Positions 31,830-49,281 of a stretch of DNA of 64,000 nucleotides are shown here, in pieces. A program made the position numbers and the translations under genes. The notes beneath the pieces are model-generated. The model was given only the letters and a program-made list of their open reading frames with translations. It was not told the DNA's origin and searched no databases. How positions within the stretch are numbered: position 1 is the first letter of the stretch; the number at the start of each line of letters is the position of its first letter. The stretch is from the human T2T-CHM13v2.0 reference genome, Homo sapiens: assembly GCF_009914755.1 (NCBI RefSeq), contig NC_060926.1; one strand, given 5' to 3'.

Positions 31830-32142
31830 GTTTTATTTTGTTTTGTTTTTTTTAAATTGAGATAGAGTCTTGTTCTGTCGCCCAGGTTGGAGTACAGTGG
31901 CACGATTTTGGCTCACTGCCAACCTCTGCTGCCCAGATTCAGGAAATTCTCATGCCTCAGCCTCCCGAGTAGCTGGGACTCCAGGCACACGCCACCACAC
32001 CTGGCTAATGTTTTTGTATTTTTAGTAGACACGGGGTTTCGCCATGTTGGCCAGGCTGTTCTCGAACTCCTGAACTCGGGTAATCTGCCTGCCTCGGCCT
32101 CCCAGTGTTGGGATTACAGGCATGAGCCATGGCATCTGGCCC
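31830..32142 (-). mobile_element. Alu
   Basis: Antisense dimer. Confidence 0.9.
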
Positions 32143-32329
32143 TGACCACAGTTTTTTTAAATATCTGTTACTTAAACCATTAAACAAACAAACAAGCATT
32201 TCAACAGTCGCCAGCCCAGAACAAAAGTAGCTGGAGAGATCTGGAGGAGCCAAGGTGGGCTGGAAGAAGGCAGCCAGGAACACCCACATTTCAGGGGTTT
32301 CTAGATTTGCTAGAAAGGGCTAGCCCAAG

Positions 32330-32633
32330 TCCGTGGCGGCTCACACCTGTAATCCCAGCACTTTGGGAGGCCGAGGCAGGCAGATCACGAGGTCAGGAGA
32401 TCGAGACCATCCTGGCTAACACGGTGAAACCCCATCTCTACTAAAAATACAAACAATTAGCTGGGCGTGGCAGCAGGCGCCTGTAGTCCCAGCTACTCAG
32501 GAGACTGAGGCAGGAGAATGGTGTGAACCCAGGAGGCGGAGCTAGCAGTGAGCCGAGATAGTGCCACTGCACTCCAGCCTGGGCAACAGGGCGAGACTCT
32601 GTCTCAAAAAAAAAAAAAGAAAAGAAAAAGAAA
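32330..32633 (+). mobile_element. Alu (AluY-like)
   Basis: TSD AGAAAGGGCTAGCCC. Confidence 0.92.
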
Positions 32634-33409
32634 GGGCTAGCCCGAGCCAAATCAAGTAACAGCATCCTCCCTCAGATCAGTCAGTGGACCTTTTCCTGGG
32701 CCCCAGCTTGTTCATCTGTAAAAAGGGGTACGAGCTGGTGGGCTCCAAGATCCCAGCAACGACGTTCATCCAGCCATGACCCTCAGAGCCACAATGACCA
32801 GGAGTCGCAACAATGAGTCGAGGGCCGGTCCTGCCATTGGGGTACTTGAACCCACAGCTGCTGGGGTTATTTTTAACTAAGAAAATGAGTCCACTTCATT
32901 CCAGTCACCTCCGGAAGGCTCCTGAGCTGCATCCCAAAAGGGAGTGAGAGCCGAGGAGGCCTGGAAGCGTCGATCGGGCCAGCTGTGCTGACACTTCAGT
33001 GGCTTAGCAGGGCTGGCCTGCAAGACAGGTGCCCGCGCCCTGAGGCCCACTGCAGGGTCGCAGAGGGCTAAGCTAAGCTGTGCTTCCCCTCACCAAGTCG
33101 GACCCTAGTGAGAAGGTGCCAGAAAGACTTCCAGGGGCAGAAGTTCCTCGCCCCAGTGCTTTTGATCCTGTCACAGAGCTTGCAGATGACACAGCCAACA
33201 CAGGCAGGAACCTAAAAGACAGGGCTCAAAGGCCCTAACCCCCTTGACTAGATATTTCCATTTTCAAGGGCAAGAGCTACAAAAAGTCAATTTTTTGTGG
33301 TTCAGTGAAAACAGCACTAACTGTTTTAATGAAATAAGTTTAAAATGATGCCTGGGCTGACATATTTAGAAGGATTGGCAGTGCATATTTGAGAATTCCA
33401 ACCCCAGAT

Positions 33410-33530
33410 TAATCACTAGAGTAATCTTCAAGCTCCATGAGGATAGGATCTAGTTTTGTTCACTGCTACATCCAGGTGCCTGGGAAAGAGCCAGGCTCCT
33501 AGCAGCATACAGTAAATACCTGTTGAATGG
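33410..33530 (+). mobile_element. L2 3' end fragment
   Basis: AAGCTCCATGAGG...TTGTTCACTGCT...TAAATACCTGTTGAATG. Confidence 0.65.
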
Positions 33531-33754
33531 CCTTCTTTTCCAAGGTCTTCATTCTCTTAATATCTAACTGTTATTGACCACAATCAAGCCCCAACCTAAC
33601 ACTGCAATAATGCATATACATTATATCAAAAACTCCTGTGTTGAAGTCATTTAATTTTAGGAAGGGATTAGATAAGATACCCTCATACACATCAAATAAT
33701 ACACAACCTGCCCTGCTGGGTGTGGCACCCAGGACCCCTGGGAAACCTCACCTC

Positions 33755-33903
33755 TTTATTTTATTTATTTATTTATTTATTTTTAGAAAGATGAGGTCTT
33801 GCTATGTTGTCCAGGCTGGTCTTGAACTCCTTGGCTTAAGTCATCCTCCCACCTCAGCCTCCCAAGTAGCTGAGACTATGGGCACAAGTCACTGAGCCCG
33901 GCT
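33755..33903 (-). mobile_element. Alu monomer
   Basis: Antisense monomer with (TTTA)n tail. Confidence 0.82.
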
Positions 33904-33909
33904 CCCTTA

Positions 33910-34224
<315 letters not shown>

Positions 34225-34233
34225 CAAGGTTCT

Positions 34234-34599
<366 letters not shown>

Positions 34600-35296
34600 T
34601 TATTTTTCTGCAGAAATTTCCTAAATGAAAGGTTTTTTAAAAATTGTTATAGGTATATTTTACATCTTGTTAACACAGACTAAAAATACTTCAATCAAAG
34701 TAGACGGGTGCTTCCAGATTCACACATAAACTGGATTTGCATGTTCATTTCACTTTTTATTTGGAAATAAAGTCAAACTTAAAGGAAAACTAGAACTAAA
34801 ATAAGACAGAGAACACTCATCCCCTCTCTGCCAAGACTCAGATTCATCTACTGTGAGCAGCTTATCCCATTCACTATATCATTTGCTATTTTTCTTTTTC
34901 TATTTCTTCCTCTAAATATAATGATACAATATGATATATGATATAATTACACACACACACACCTTTTCTAAATCATTTGAGGGGAAGCCTATTCCTATGA
35001 ATGGGGACACTGTCCTACACAAAAGAGCAGTCATCAACTCCAGTGAATTTTACACGTGTATATCTGTATCTACCCTTCATATCCCCAAGCTGCCAGGTGA
35101 CCCCATGATGTCTTTTATAGCACCTGCTCCCTTCAGTACAGTATGTATTCTGTGGTTCGTATTACATTGAGCTACCATGTCTTTTCAGTCTCCTTTAATA
35201 AAGAACTTTTCCAAACACAGCCTTTCTATGACTGACATTTTTGAAGACATAAATCCACATCCCATCCCTGTTTTGTGTTTGACAATTTTGATCAAG

Positions 35297-35914
<618 letters not shown>

Positions 35915-36124
35915 CTAACTTAGACAATTCTGATTCTAAATAAAACTTTTCAGAAATGCATATAGAAATATTAATCACATAGCATATTAGAATGAGCACT
36001 GCCAAATGCTTCTGGGATCATGATCTCTTTTTGTGTGAGTCCATTTGCCATTCAAGTCTCTCTCTGAGATATTCGCTCCCTTCCCCTCTCCCTCTCTCCT
36101 CTCTTTCCATCTTCCCTCTCTCCC

Positions 36125-36857
36125 TGTCTTAGTCCATTTCGGATGCTATAACAAAATCTCCACTACCTGGATAGCTTATAAATAACATAAATTTACTTCC
36201 CATGGTTCTGGAAGCTGGGAAATCCAAGATCAAGGCACCAGCAGATTTGGTGTCTGGTGAGGGGGGTTCACAGATGGTGGCTTCATGCTGTGTCTTCACA
36301 AGGTGGGTAGGGAGAGGGAGCTCTCTGGGGTCTCTTTCTAAGAGCACTAATCACAATCAGGAAGGCTCCACCCTCATAACCTAATCACCTCCAAGGAATC
36401 TACCTCCAGTACTATGACCTTAGGGGGTTGTATTAGTCCATTTTCACTCTGCTATTAATATAAAGAACTTCCCTGAGACTGGGCAATTAATAAAGGATAG
36501 AGGTTTAACTGACTCACAGCTCTGCATGGCTGGGGAGGCTGCAGGAAACTTACAATCAGGGTGGAAGGCTAAGGGGAAGCAGGCACCGCCTTCACAAGTC
36601 AGCAGGACAGAGAGAGTGTGTGAAAGTGGAACTATCTAACACTTATAAAACCATCAGATCTTGTGAGAACTCACTCACTATCATGAGAACAGCATGGAGG
36701 AAAACCACCCCCATGATCCAATCACCTCCCTCCCTCGACATGTGGGGATTACAATTTGAGATGAGATTTGTGTGGGGACACAGAGCCAAACCCTATCAGG
36801 GTTAGAATTTCAACAATGAATTTGGAGGGGGGACATAAATATTCACACTTTAGCACT
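36125..36857 (-). mobile_element. MLT1A-like LTR with nested THE1/MST LTR (about 36429-36798)
   Basis: Two MaLR termini: TGTCTTAGTCCATTT and TGTATTAGTCCATTTTCAC. Confidence 0.8.
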
Positions 36858-36864
36858 CCCTCTC

Positions 36865-36934
<70 letters not shown>
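36858..36934. repeat. (CT)n(CA)n compound microsatellite
   Basis: Directly visible. Confidence 0.95.
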
Positions 36935-36937
<3 letters not shown>

Positions 36938-37121
36938 TTTCTAATGATCTTTCTGGTATAAATGGATGCTAACCTCTGGGGCCTCTGTCTCATCTTGGGT
37001 CTTAGTATGTTCAGGCACCATCAATACTAATCAGATCTCTGGCTTTGCCTAAGTTAGAGTCTTTATAAATTTTAATTCAAAGAAAGTAAACAAATTTACA
37101 TTACATTATATGATTCTAACT

Positions 37122-37500
37122 TGTCTTAGCTCAGGCTGCTATAACAAAATACCACAGACTGAGTGGCTTAAACTGCAGAAGTTTATTTTCTCATGGCTCT
37201 GGAGGCTGGAAGTCCAAAATCAAGGGGCTAGCAAATGTGATGTCTAGTGAGGGTTCTCTTCTTGGCTTGCAGACAGCCACCTTCTCATAGTGTCCTCACA
37301 TGGCAGAGAGGGTAAGCTCTCTGGTGACTGTCCCTCTTCTTATAAAGGGAACAGCCCTATAGGATCAGGGCCCTGCCCTTATGGCTTCAGTTAACCTTAG
37401 TTACCTCCCTGCAGGCACTATCTTCAAATATAGTCACACTGGAGGTCACAGCTTCAACACAGTAATTTAGGGGGCAGGGGGACACATTCAATCCACAACA
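37122..37500 (-). mobile_element. MLT1A/B-like LTR
   Basis: TGTCTTAGCTCAGGCTGCTATAACAAAATACCACAGACTG. Confidence 0.82.
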
Positions 37501-37590
37501 TAACTTAACTTTTGGTATTAATACAGAATGTTGAAATCTGGCTTTCCAGGTTGCACATGAAGTTAAAACCAAACAGAAAAAGCCATATTT

Positions 37591-37933
<343 letters not shown>

Positions 37934-38542
37934 TCAAAGAGAACCTTCCAGTTCTACAAGAGGCTCTCCAACCCCTTTTCTCCTCAAATCTAAATGTTTT
38001 ATTTGGCTAAATGAAGACAATCAAAAGGCTGAAAGACGAAACAACATCTTCTTAGTACAGACCTTTTTGTTATAAGCCATCTGAACAGCAGAAAACAGAA
38101 TTGTAGCTCAACTAATAAAAAAAAAAAAATGCCACCACCAACCTCACCTAACAGCAATCCCCCATGTAATATACCAAATGTAGGCATGATCACTGCTGGC
38201 CTCACCTGACTGTGAAGCCACCTCAAATGTTCTACGTGGAGGCGCAGTTGGCGTTATGGAGTAGGTCACGTGAATACATCACATTCAGCGATATGCACTG
38301 TCCAAACAAAGAGCAGGGAACAACAATTCAAACCAACTGCCCACCATCAGGGAGCACAGGCCCTGGCCTGAGTTCATGGAAGGGCTGGAATTCCCCAGGT
38401 CTCTAGGGGTCCTCACTTCCCAGGCCCTCCTGATAACATGAGCAGATTGCAAAAAGACAGGTAGCTTGCTGATTTCTGCAGTCGTTTTTCCCTCAAGCAA
38501 TGTTTGTTCTTCATGTTGATTTTGGAACCTGATTTTGTTTGG

Positions 38543-39200
38543 ATGTTTGTCTCATACAGGTCTCAGGTTGAAATTTGGTTTTTTGGTTTTTGTGTTTTTG
38601 AGAAGGATCTTACTGTCACCCTGGCTTGGTTCACTGCAACCTCTGCCTCAGGGCTCAAGTGATCCTCCAACCTCAGCCTCCCAAGTAGCTGGGACTACAG
38701 GCAGGCACCACCACGCCTGGCTAATTTTGGTATTTTTTTGTAGAGAAAGGGTTTCACCATGTTGCCTAGGCTGGTCTCCTGGACTCAAGTGATCCGGCAG
38801 CCTCTGCCTCCCAAAGTGCTGAGATTACAGCATGAGCCACTGGCCTGGCCTCACGTTGAAATTTGATCTCCAGTGTTAGAGGTGGAGCCTGGTGGGAGGT
38901 GTTTGGGCCATGGGGGTGGATCCTTCATAAAAGGCTTGATGCTGTCTTGGTGGCAATGAGTGAGTTTTCACTCTATTAGTGCCTATAAGAACTGATTGTT
39001 AAAACGAACCTGGCACCTACCCCTACCCTCACCATGTGATCTGTGTACACAGGGGCTCCCCTTCACCTTCCATCATGAGTGGAAGCTTCCTGAGGCCTCA
39101 CCAGAAGCAGACGCCAGGACCATGATTCTTGTACAGCCTGCAGACCTGCAAGCCAAATAAAATTCTTTTCTTTATAAATTCCCAGCCTCAGGTATTCTAA
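38543..39200 (+). mobile_element. MST (MaLR) LTR interrupted by an antisense Alu (about 38575-38851)
   Basis: GTTGAAATTTG duplicated around the Alu; GGAAGCTTCCTGAGGCCTCACCAGAAGCAG. Confidence 0.8.
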
Positions 39201-39552
39201 AGGACTGAAAGAGAACCGAATCCCCACATTAACAGACAGCTACATAATACTGGGATTAAACATGGTCCAATTTGGAGCCTAAGTGAGCATCAAAGCCTTC
39301 CTTTACCTCAAAAATCTAAAGGAAGCTACAGGTTAAAATAAAAACACACGAGTATGCACACTTGTGCATACATACAATTTTGGGACACTGGATTTACGAA
39401 GATCTAGTCTGACCCTTCACTCCAGCCAAACCCTTGCCATGGCTGAATCCTTGATGATGAATGATCACGAGCTATACATTCTGTAAGCAATCTTAATGCC
39501 TTGCTTACGTTTCACATTTATTTTTAATTATAATAACAAAACAGCAATATAA

Positions 39553-40284
<732 letters not shown>

Positions 40285-40584
40285 TGAAATGACTTTTAAT
40301 CTGTATAGTCCTTCTGGAAATAGATATTTTTTGAATCCTGACAGTATTATTTCTAACAAAATACTAAATACATCTAAGCTGAGAAACATACTGAGTGGAG
40401 TTAGTTTCCTACCAGCATTTACCCCAGACAAGACAGTACAGGGGTGTCCTACATGCAGGCTCCATGTGACATGAAATGCCAAACCAGTAACATTACATTT
40501 TTAAGCTGCCACAGTCTCCTCAAAGAACTCTTTTTGCCAGGTGAAAACATCACTGTATAGTGCTAAGCCAACAGACTTGGGTTC

Positions 40585-40963
40585 TGTATGAGTTCATTCT
40601 CTTACTGCTATAAAGAAATACCCGCGACTGGGTAATTTCTAAAGAAAAGAGGTTTAATTGGCTCACAGTTCCACAGGCTGTACAGGAAGCATGGCTGGAG
40701 AGGCCTCAGGGAGTTTTCACTCATGGCAGAAGGCAAAGTGAGAGCAGGCATCTTCATACGACCGGAGCAGGAGGAAGAGGGAGAGGGGGAAGGTGCTACA
40801 CACTTTTAAAGAACCAGACCTTGGGAGATCTCTATCACGAGAACAGCACCAAAGGGGAAATCCACCCTCATGATCCAATCACCTCCCACCAGGCCCCACC
40901 TCCAACACTGGGGATTACAATTTGACATGAAAATTGGGTGGGGACACAGATCCAAACCACATC
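40585..40963 (-). mobile_element. MSTA-like LTR
   Basis: CTGCTATAAAGAAATACC...TCCAAACCACATCA. Confidence 0.85.
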
Positions 40964-40987
40964 AGGTTCCATTTAAATTAGTTAATT

Positions 40988-41759
40988 GTTTTGGTGGTAA
41001 AAGAAAAAAACATTATCCTTTACTATTCACATTTGTGACACTAAATGTATGGGGAGTTTTCCCATACCAACCAATTCTCCAACTCTCCAGATGCCACCTG
41101 GGTGTTCTACAATTCCATTCAATTCTGACACTAACTACCTGGAATTAGTGCAGGTTAAAGGCTCGGTCCCACGAGACTGGCCCCATTTCAGACGCCAGTC
41201 ACAAGCCCAAGGCTGTCACCTGCACTTCCGACCAACCAGCTACAAGTCAGGGGTTCCCATAACCCCATCCTCAGGTTTGATAATTTGCCGGGATGGCTCA
41301 CAGAAACACATTTCCCAGCTTATTATGTAATAAAGAATATGATCAAGGATACAGAAGACAGCCAGATGAAGAGATACACAGGGCGGGGTGTACTGGAGGG
41401 GACGTGGCACTTCTGTGCCCTCTCTGGGTGGGCTACCCTCCATGTGTTCAACAGCCCTGGAGCTCCCCAAACCCTAGAGTCCAGGGATTCTTAAGGTGGC
41501 TTCACCACCACCACCTGAGCATGACTGATCATTAATCTCCAGCCCCTGCTCCTTCCCAGAGAATGGAGGTGGGGCTGAAATCCCCAAGCTTCAAATCTGT
41601 TCTTGCTGGTGACCAGTCTCCACCCAGGAGCCCACCAAGAGTCACCTCATTAGAACAAAAGATGCTCCCATCACCCAGGAAATTCCAAAGGATTAGGAGC
41701 TCTGTGCCAGGAACAAGAAGCAGAGGCCAAACAAGAAATACATTTCTTAATATGTCACA
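40988..41759. mobile_element. MER21-family LTR
   Basis: TTCAATTCTGACACTAACTACCTGG...GGAAATTCCAAAGGATTAGGAGCTCTGTGCCAGGAA. Confidence 0.8.
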
Positions 41760-42059
41760 GGTAGTCAGAGACAGATTCTTCCATGCATTTTTTTTTTCAG
41801 TAGTGAGTACTAACCCCATTTCTAAAACAACATTCCTCCGGAACTGGCTCCTGAGGTTCCCTCACTTGGATGAGGTGAACTACTCCCTCGACCTATTCAA
41901 ATCTTTCCCCAGCCTGTCTCAAGACCCAGCAGCTTGGCCCCAAATCTACACTTGTGGATCCAGCATTCAACAGAGACTCCATTCATTGACAAATAATAAA
42001 TATGTATCCAAAAACAAAAAACAACAAAAAAAAAAACACCACCACATCCCACCTTGAGA

Positions 42060-42680
42060 GAACTGCCTTCATCCGCCATCCCTACTTCCTCGCCACCCTC
42101 CAGTCTCCAGCCCGCTCCCACGCCACATCTGCCTGCATCCAAGCTGCTGTGGCTGAGGTCTCCAAGGTCTTCCTAGCCTTTTCCATACTGCAATGCAGAG
42201 CAGACCCCTCCCTCCTTCTCACATACACTTCCTCCTGGCTTCAGGGAAAATACACTGCTGAGGCCCTCCTGCCCCTTGCCCATGCCTCAGTCCCCTCTGC
42301 CCTTTCCTCCTCTACAGGCCTTTCTAGACAAGTCCCAGGTATCCCACACTTAACTTGTCCAAAACAGACTCTCGGAGGCCTCAGGACCTTTGCACATGCC
42401 ATTTCCTCTGCTCAGACGGCTCTTTTCCCAACTTCTCACCAGCTACCACCCTCCTGCACACCATGCAGGTCTCAGTGGAGATCACAGCTCCTCAGAGACA
42501 GCTCCCTGATGTTCCAACCCAAATTCATTTCCTTCTTATTCTCTCTCGCATCCCCTGGCACTCACCACCATTGATAACTCAGTGTTTCGTGGCTTAGTAT
42601 CACCCCACAATCACGACTACAAACTCCACCTCTCCAGACTATAAGCTGCATGACAGCACAGGGCCTGGCACTGCTGAATA
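42060..42680 (+). mobile_element. L2 fragments
   Basis: GGACCTTTGCACATGCCATTTCCTCTGC; CAGACTATAAGCTGCATGA. Confidence 0.55.
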
Positions 42681-43459
42681 AAATGCTCTTTGGGTTTCTT
42701 TCTGCTGCTTTATCTACAAGTAATTTCATTGATTTAACCAACATATTTAGAAAACATAACAGTTTGAAGCATAAAACCTCCCCCACAGCAAAAACTTTCA
42801 TTATTTTTATGCAATCGTTGCTACTGTTTTACAGGTTAATAAACTGAGACCCTACAAAGAGTGGGTTATGGTCACAGAACCCCTCTTTAAAGTTGAGAAA
42901 GAAGACAAAGATCATGAGCTTGCAACTCTAAACCTATTTCCTCTACTGAGAGAGGGAATAAAATCCAGAATAGATATCTTTAATTTCAAATAAAAGTACC
43001 TGACTAAATTAGATTTCTGAAATTTAAAACATTTCTGAAAACAGTTTTAAAAGCTTCTGTAAAATGACACACCCCACGCATGCTAGACATTTTGAAGGCT
43101 AAATATAGCACACTGAGAGGACAAATAGCTGACACACAGGCGTCCGGGGAAAATCACGGCCCCTGGGCAATGAGGGGACACAGCTTCAATGACTTCCTGA
43201 TCGCCACTACCCAAACAGAGCTGCCCACCAGAAAAAATGCCAAGCTCTCCCTGAGTTTAGATTCTGTCTGCATTATATCAACGTTACAGGTACGTGTCAA
43301 TCAGCATATAATTCTGCAAGGCTCATGAGAAACACAAACAGTCCCCTTATTCCTTGCTGCTCCCACTTACCAACTCCCCAAAGGCAACCTCTTCCAACTC
43401 TTAATGGATTATTTTTGTATCCACCTTCGCATCTCCAAATAACACATCTATATTACTAC

Positions 43460-43761
43460 TTTTTTTTTTTTTTTTTTTGAGACAGAGTTTCACTCTTGTC
43501 GCTCAGGCTGGAGTGCAATGGCACAATCTCAGCTCACTGCAACCTCCGTCTCCGGGTTCAAGCCATTCTCCTGTCTCAGCCTCCAGAGTAGCTGGGATTA
43601 CAGGGATGCGCCACCATGCCTGGCTAATTTTTGTATTTTTAGTAAAGACGGGGTTTCACCACGTTGGCCAGGCTGGTCTCAAACCTCCGACCTCAGGTGA
43701 TCCACCCACCTCAGCCTCCCGAAGTGCTAGGATTACAGGCGTGAGCCACCGTGCCCAGCCT
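43460..43761 (-). mobile_element. Alu (AluS-like)
   Basis: Antisense dimer. Confidence 0.92.
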
Positions 43762-44299
43762 ACTTCTTGGATATTTAGTGTAGGCATTAGCTGTCAACTT
43801 TCAGAAGTGGAGGCTTTAGCTCCCTTTCACTGACTACCACCCGAGACCCAACACTCACACCCCAGTTATGCAATAATTTCAGTTAGATCGTGAGTCAATA
43901 TTTACATTATTATAACTACAAAAACATTAACAAGAGCTGAGTTTTGCAGCAAAACTACAGTACTTTTTCCACACTATACAACTTTTTATTTTCCCTGGAG
44001 TTAACAACTATCCCAGAATTTCTGACTTACTCAGCTTTCCATCTATGGATAATCTAACCACAAATTCTCCCCTGATGTGCAGATCTTCATTCAATATGTG
44101 CAAACACACTTTACAGTCTATCACTTTCTCTTCTCCTAGAAGTTGTCCTGCAGCCTCCTGCCAGGCTCCAATCTAGACTGAACGCTGGGTTGGGGGAGGG
44201 AAGAAGAGAGGTTCTCACTGACATCTCAGGATTTCCCTTCACCATCATCTTAGAGATTCCCCTCCAAGCAGCTCTTCTTAAACAAGTAACAAAAAGAAT

Positions 44300-45660
44300 A
44301 AACTCTGAAGGAAAAAGATCTTGCCAGAAAAGATCTAGGTAAATTAATTAATTAAAACAAAAGGGAAAAGACTGATACATCTGACTGCATGAAAATTAAC
44401 AATGTGAGTTCAAAAAACCTACAATGAAAATAAAAAGCCTGACTTTAAAAAAAAATACATACAATTGAAAAAGAATACAGAAAAACCACACATGAAGGCG
44501 CGCACACACACACACACACACACATACACAAGGCTCATAAAAAAAACTAAAAAAAAGGTAAGCCAACAAAAAAAATGAGCAAAAGACTCAAGTATTTCTC
44601 AGAAGGAAAAACAAATACTTAATGAACACATAAAAATATTCTCATCCCTATTAGTAACAATGAGAAATAGTATCTTAGTGGTTCTAAGATACTATGTAAA
44701 TACCTACCAGATTGGCAAAAAGTAACATCTCTGACAATATCAAGCATTAGCAAGGATGTACCACTGTGGGAAGTTTTTTCTTAGAGACAGTGGTCTCACT
44801 ATGTTGCCCAGGCTGGACTTAAACTCCTAGGTTCAAGCAATCCACTTGCCTCAGCCTCCCAAGTAGATGGGATTATAGGCATGCACCACCATGCTCTGCT
44901 TGGAAACAATTTGGAATTATCTAGAAAGGTTGAAAATACACATAGCTATGACCCAGTATTAGGGCTGTTCACAAAAGTCCCAGTTCTCCGTCAGAAGAGA
45001 TCCTTGCTGACCCACATTGAATATACAGCATGACAGAGAAATAAATTTATGTGTCGGGGTGTTTGTTACTGCAGCATAACCTAACTCATCCTGATGGATA
45101 CACCCAACAAGGTCACTCATAGAAATATTCTCTAGAGAAATGTATACCTGTGTGAACACTACAGGAAAATGTTCACAGCAGCTTTATCTACTAAAACAAC
45201 TACAACCCAAATATCCAAGGACAGGAGAATGAATAAATAATAATACATTCACTCAATGGATTACTACACATCCATGAAAATGAATGAACCACGGCAGCTA
45301 CCATGGGTCAAAGTGAGAAAAACATAATGCAGGGGGTGGGGTGATCAAGTGACAGAAAAATACATAAAGCATGAATAAAAGTATATTTTGTAATAAAGTT
45401 ACAAAAACACACAAAACTGAACTATGTATTGATTACGAATACATATAAATGTGTTAAAACTATAAAGAAAAGCAAGTCAGTATTAACACATAATCCAGGG
45501 TAGTGGTGCCTGCAAGGAAGGGAGGGAAATGTAATCAGGAAAACACAGAAGGGGTCTCTCAGGCATAGGATATACTCTTATTTTTTTACTTACAGGTGGT
45601 AGATATATAGTGTTTGCTCCATTACCTACAACTTACCTTAAATACTCTTATGCACACCGA
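44300..45660 (+). mobile_element. Degenerate L1ME-like 3' region with an antisense Alu monomer (about 44774-44900)
   Basis: L1 3' motifs such as TATGACCCAG and AAATGTTCACAGCAGCTTTAT. Confidence 0.6.
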
Positions 45661-45723
45661 AAAGTTCCTAACTAAGAAACAAACCATAAAATGCAGTACC
45701 TTTTCATAAGGATATCTTACTAA

Positions 45724-46055
<332 letters not shown>

Positions 46056-46252
46056 AGACACCTTTCCTTTTTTTTAAAGTAAAAAGCAGGAAGCAGGAAA
46101 ATAATAAAATCCAGTAGAATGAAAGACTCACCAAATGTTAAAGAATATGGATGACTCAAATTCATACACATGTGCTTGTTGGCTGGTGATACACTAGAGG
46201 AATAAGTCTGGTTCTGTATGGAATCATTTACATCAAGGTTACCAATAGGTAG

Positions 46253-46558
<306 letters not shown>

Positions 46559-47353
46559 ATCAACAGGTAGTCCTAACAGCTGGGCTGGTTCAGCCACAAA
46601 CTACTGCTAGTCCTTACAGCACACAGTGCTGGTATAAGACAGTTAAGAACACCACTCTATTATTTATTCCTGCATTCTACATAATTTCCATTTGCAGGAT
46701 GATACACACAAAACACTTCTCAACTGCACAGGCTCACATCTATCCATTTTACTTGATATGTACAACTTGATATCTCCTACATGACATCTACATGAAGTTT
46801 GTACTTGATCCCCTCAAGATTGTACTACTTGATGTCTACATCCATGTATTTCACAAATATTTATCAAGAGTGCTCTGGTGACAAGAACCATCAGCACTAA
46901 AGGCACAGGAGAGAGGGGCACAGACCTATGACCTCCCTCCTGGAGCTCAGGATCTGGTTCACCCTAAACAGACAAACCCTCAAAGAGCCTCTTCATGACT
47001 ACAGTGGTGGGAGTAGGGGAAGGGTCAGGTACATCTCCAGGAAGTGGAGCTCAGGCGGAGCCCCAAAGGTTCACAAGAATTAGCCAGATGCTTGGGGGTG
47101 GGGGAGGAGACAGCCATGAGGGGCCTGGGAGAGAAAAGTGCCAACATGCTGCAGGGTCTGTGCTTAAGAGCAGAAGGGGGAAGAGAGGCAACCCAAGAGG
47201 TGGTTCAGGGGCAGCGCCTGCAACCCCCAACAGTGATTAAAATAGGCTCACGGCTGCTTTTTAATACCATTGATGTAAGTTTTTAAAATAGGGGGAAAAA
47301 ATCCATGCTGAAAGAATTACCAGATTTACTTTCATTTTAAATAAATTCCTCTT

Positions 47354-47684
<331 letters not shown>

Positions 47685-49281
47685 CTAAAATGTGGAGTCA
47701 AGATCATAAAATCCTTCTGCCTTCACTTCTAGTAAATGAATTCTTTACAAGCTACCAGCCTCTCAATAATTGTCAGCTCTTCCTAAGGAGTTCCAATTAG
47801 GTGGAAAAGGCCACCCTCCAGTATCCCACCACCTGCACAATTTGTACCTTATATTATCTCCTGGAGTGACACAGTCCGTGCCTTGTTTGATTATCTCATT
47901 ACAAATACATTGCCCTTATTATGCTCTCACTAAATGCAACTCTTGGAAACCTCAAGGCTTTTATTAATAGATTATCAGCCCCTAAAGATATATCAGTTAT
48001 TTAACTTAATTTTTCAGATGTATGATCCTAAAATCAAACTACTTCCTTTACTTGTGGTTTCTTCCCTATTATGCTTTTAAGAAAAAATACCAAAGCATGT
48101 AAGACTCTGGAGCCAACATCTGGGACTTCTATAGAATGCAACAGGCTGCCCTGTTAAGTCAAAGACTTTCACTGTTGGAGGAGACAAAATTCACCAACAA
48201 ACTCAGCTATATGAGCAGGACTCCAGCCAACCTCAGACAGACTAGCCAAGAAATGCAACATCCATGCTGGACTTCATCAGTTTCCAACCTTCTGATAAGA
48301 GTCCTTCTGAGCAAGCCTTGTAACCCCACATGAATCCTTAGCCTGTCAGTTTCACCTCCCCCAGTCATTAGGACACTCTTCCAAAGGCAGTAGGTGATTC
48401 ACTGGAGGCACAGCATGAGCACTCACACTCAACATTTGAAACAAGGTGAAGCTCCCTTTACTCACTACGATTTAATGTGGTGAGAGGAGCCGTGTGCCCA
48501 AATCCTATAAAAACACCTTTCTCCTGAGCAATTCTTAACCCAAGCTGTTGTTTAAATATTTCATCTTTTAATTACACATATTAAATACTGCACTAATAGA
48601 TAAGTGAATGTTTCTTATGTCCTTCACTACAATGCAAATGTTTTTACACCTTTATTCTCAGAAGCCATTATTCAGTTTTTTTAAATTGTACTTTGCTTTT
48701 CTTCTGTCAAACCTACCAGGTGCCAAGCACAATTAAGCCCTTGATGTATACTGTTTATTAATTCTAAGCCTTATTTTAATCATAACCATTATGCATTGCT
48801 GATGGGAATGAAAAATGGTACCGCTGCTGTAGAAAACAGTCTCTAACCCTCCGAAGTAAGATTCATTATTGTCCCTTTCTTAAGGCTGAGTTATAACTAA
48901 GGCTCAAAGAAACTGGATAAACTAACTCAAAGCCTCTCAGTCCAGATTCTTAATGAACAGACTTACTTACCTTGACTCCAAAGGTTGTATTTTACACTAT
49001 TTTTCACTATACCATACTTCCTCCCTTCACCCTAACTGTTTAGGTAATCAGCCCATCACTACTACAAATGCAATGACAGGAACAGGGACTTAAGGTAACC
49101 ATGTTGCAAAGCAGAAAACATCAATTCAAATTACAACTTTTAAATTGTCAGCCAATTTAAGAGAAGAATTGCAAGATTATACAGGAATACACGCAATAAA
49201 ACCCTGAAAAATCAAATCCTTCAGAGGACACAGCTGGGTGGTGATATTTGTTATTTAGAGTAATGTTTATTCCACTCACTA

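Noticed and set aside
44498-44530. GCGC(AC)n tract with Z-DNA potential
   Set aside because: Ordinary short microsatellite within a repeat
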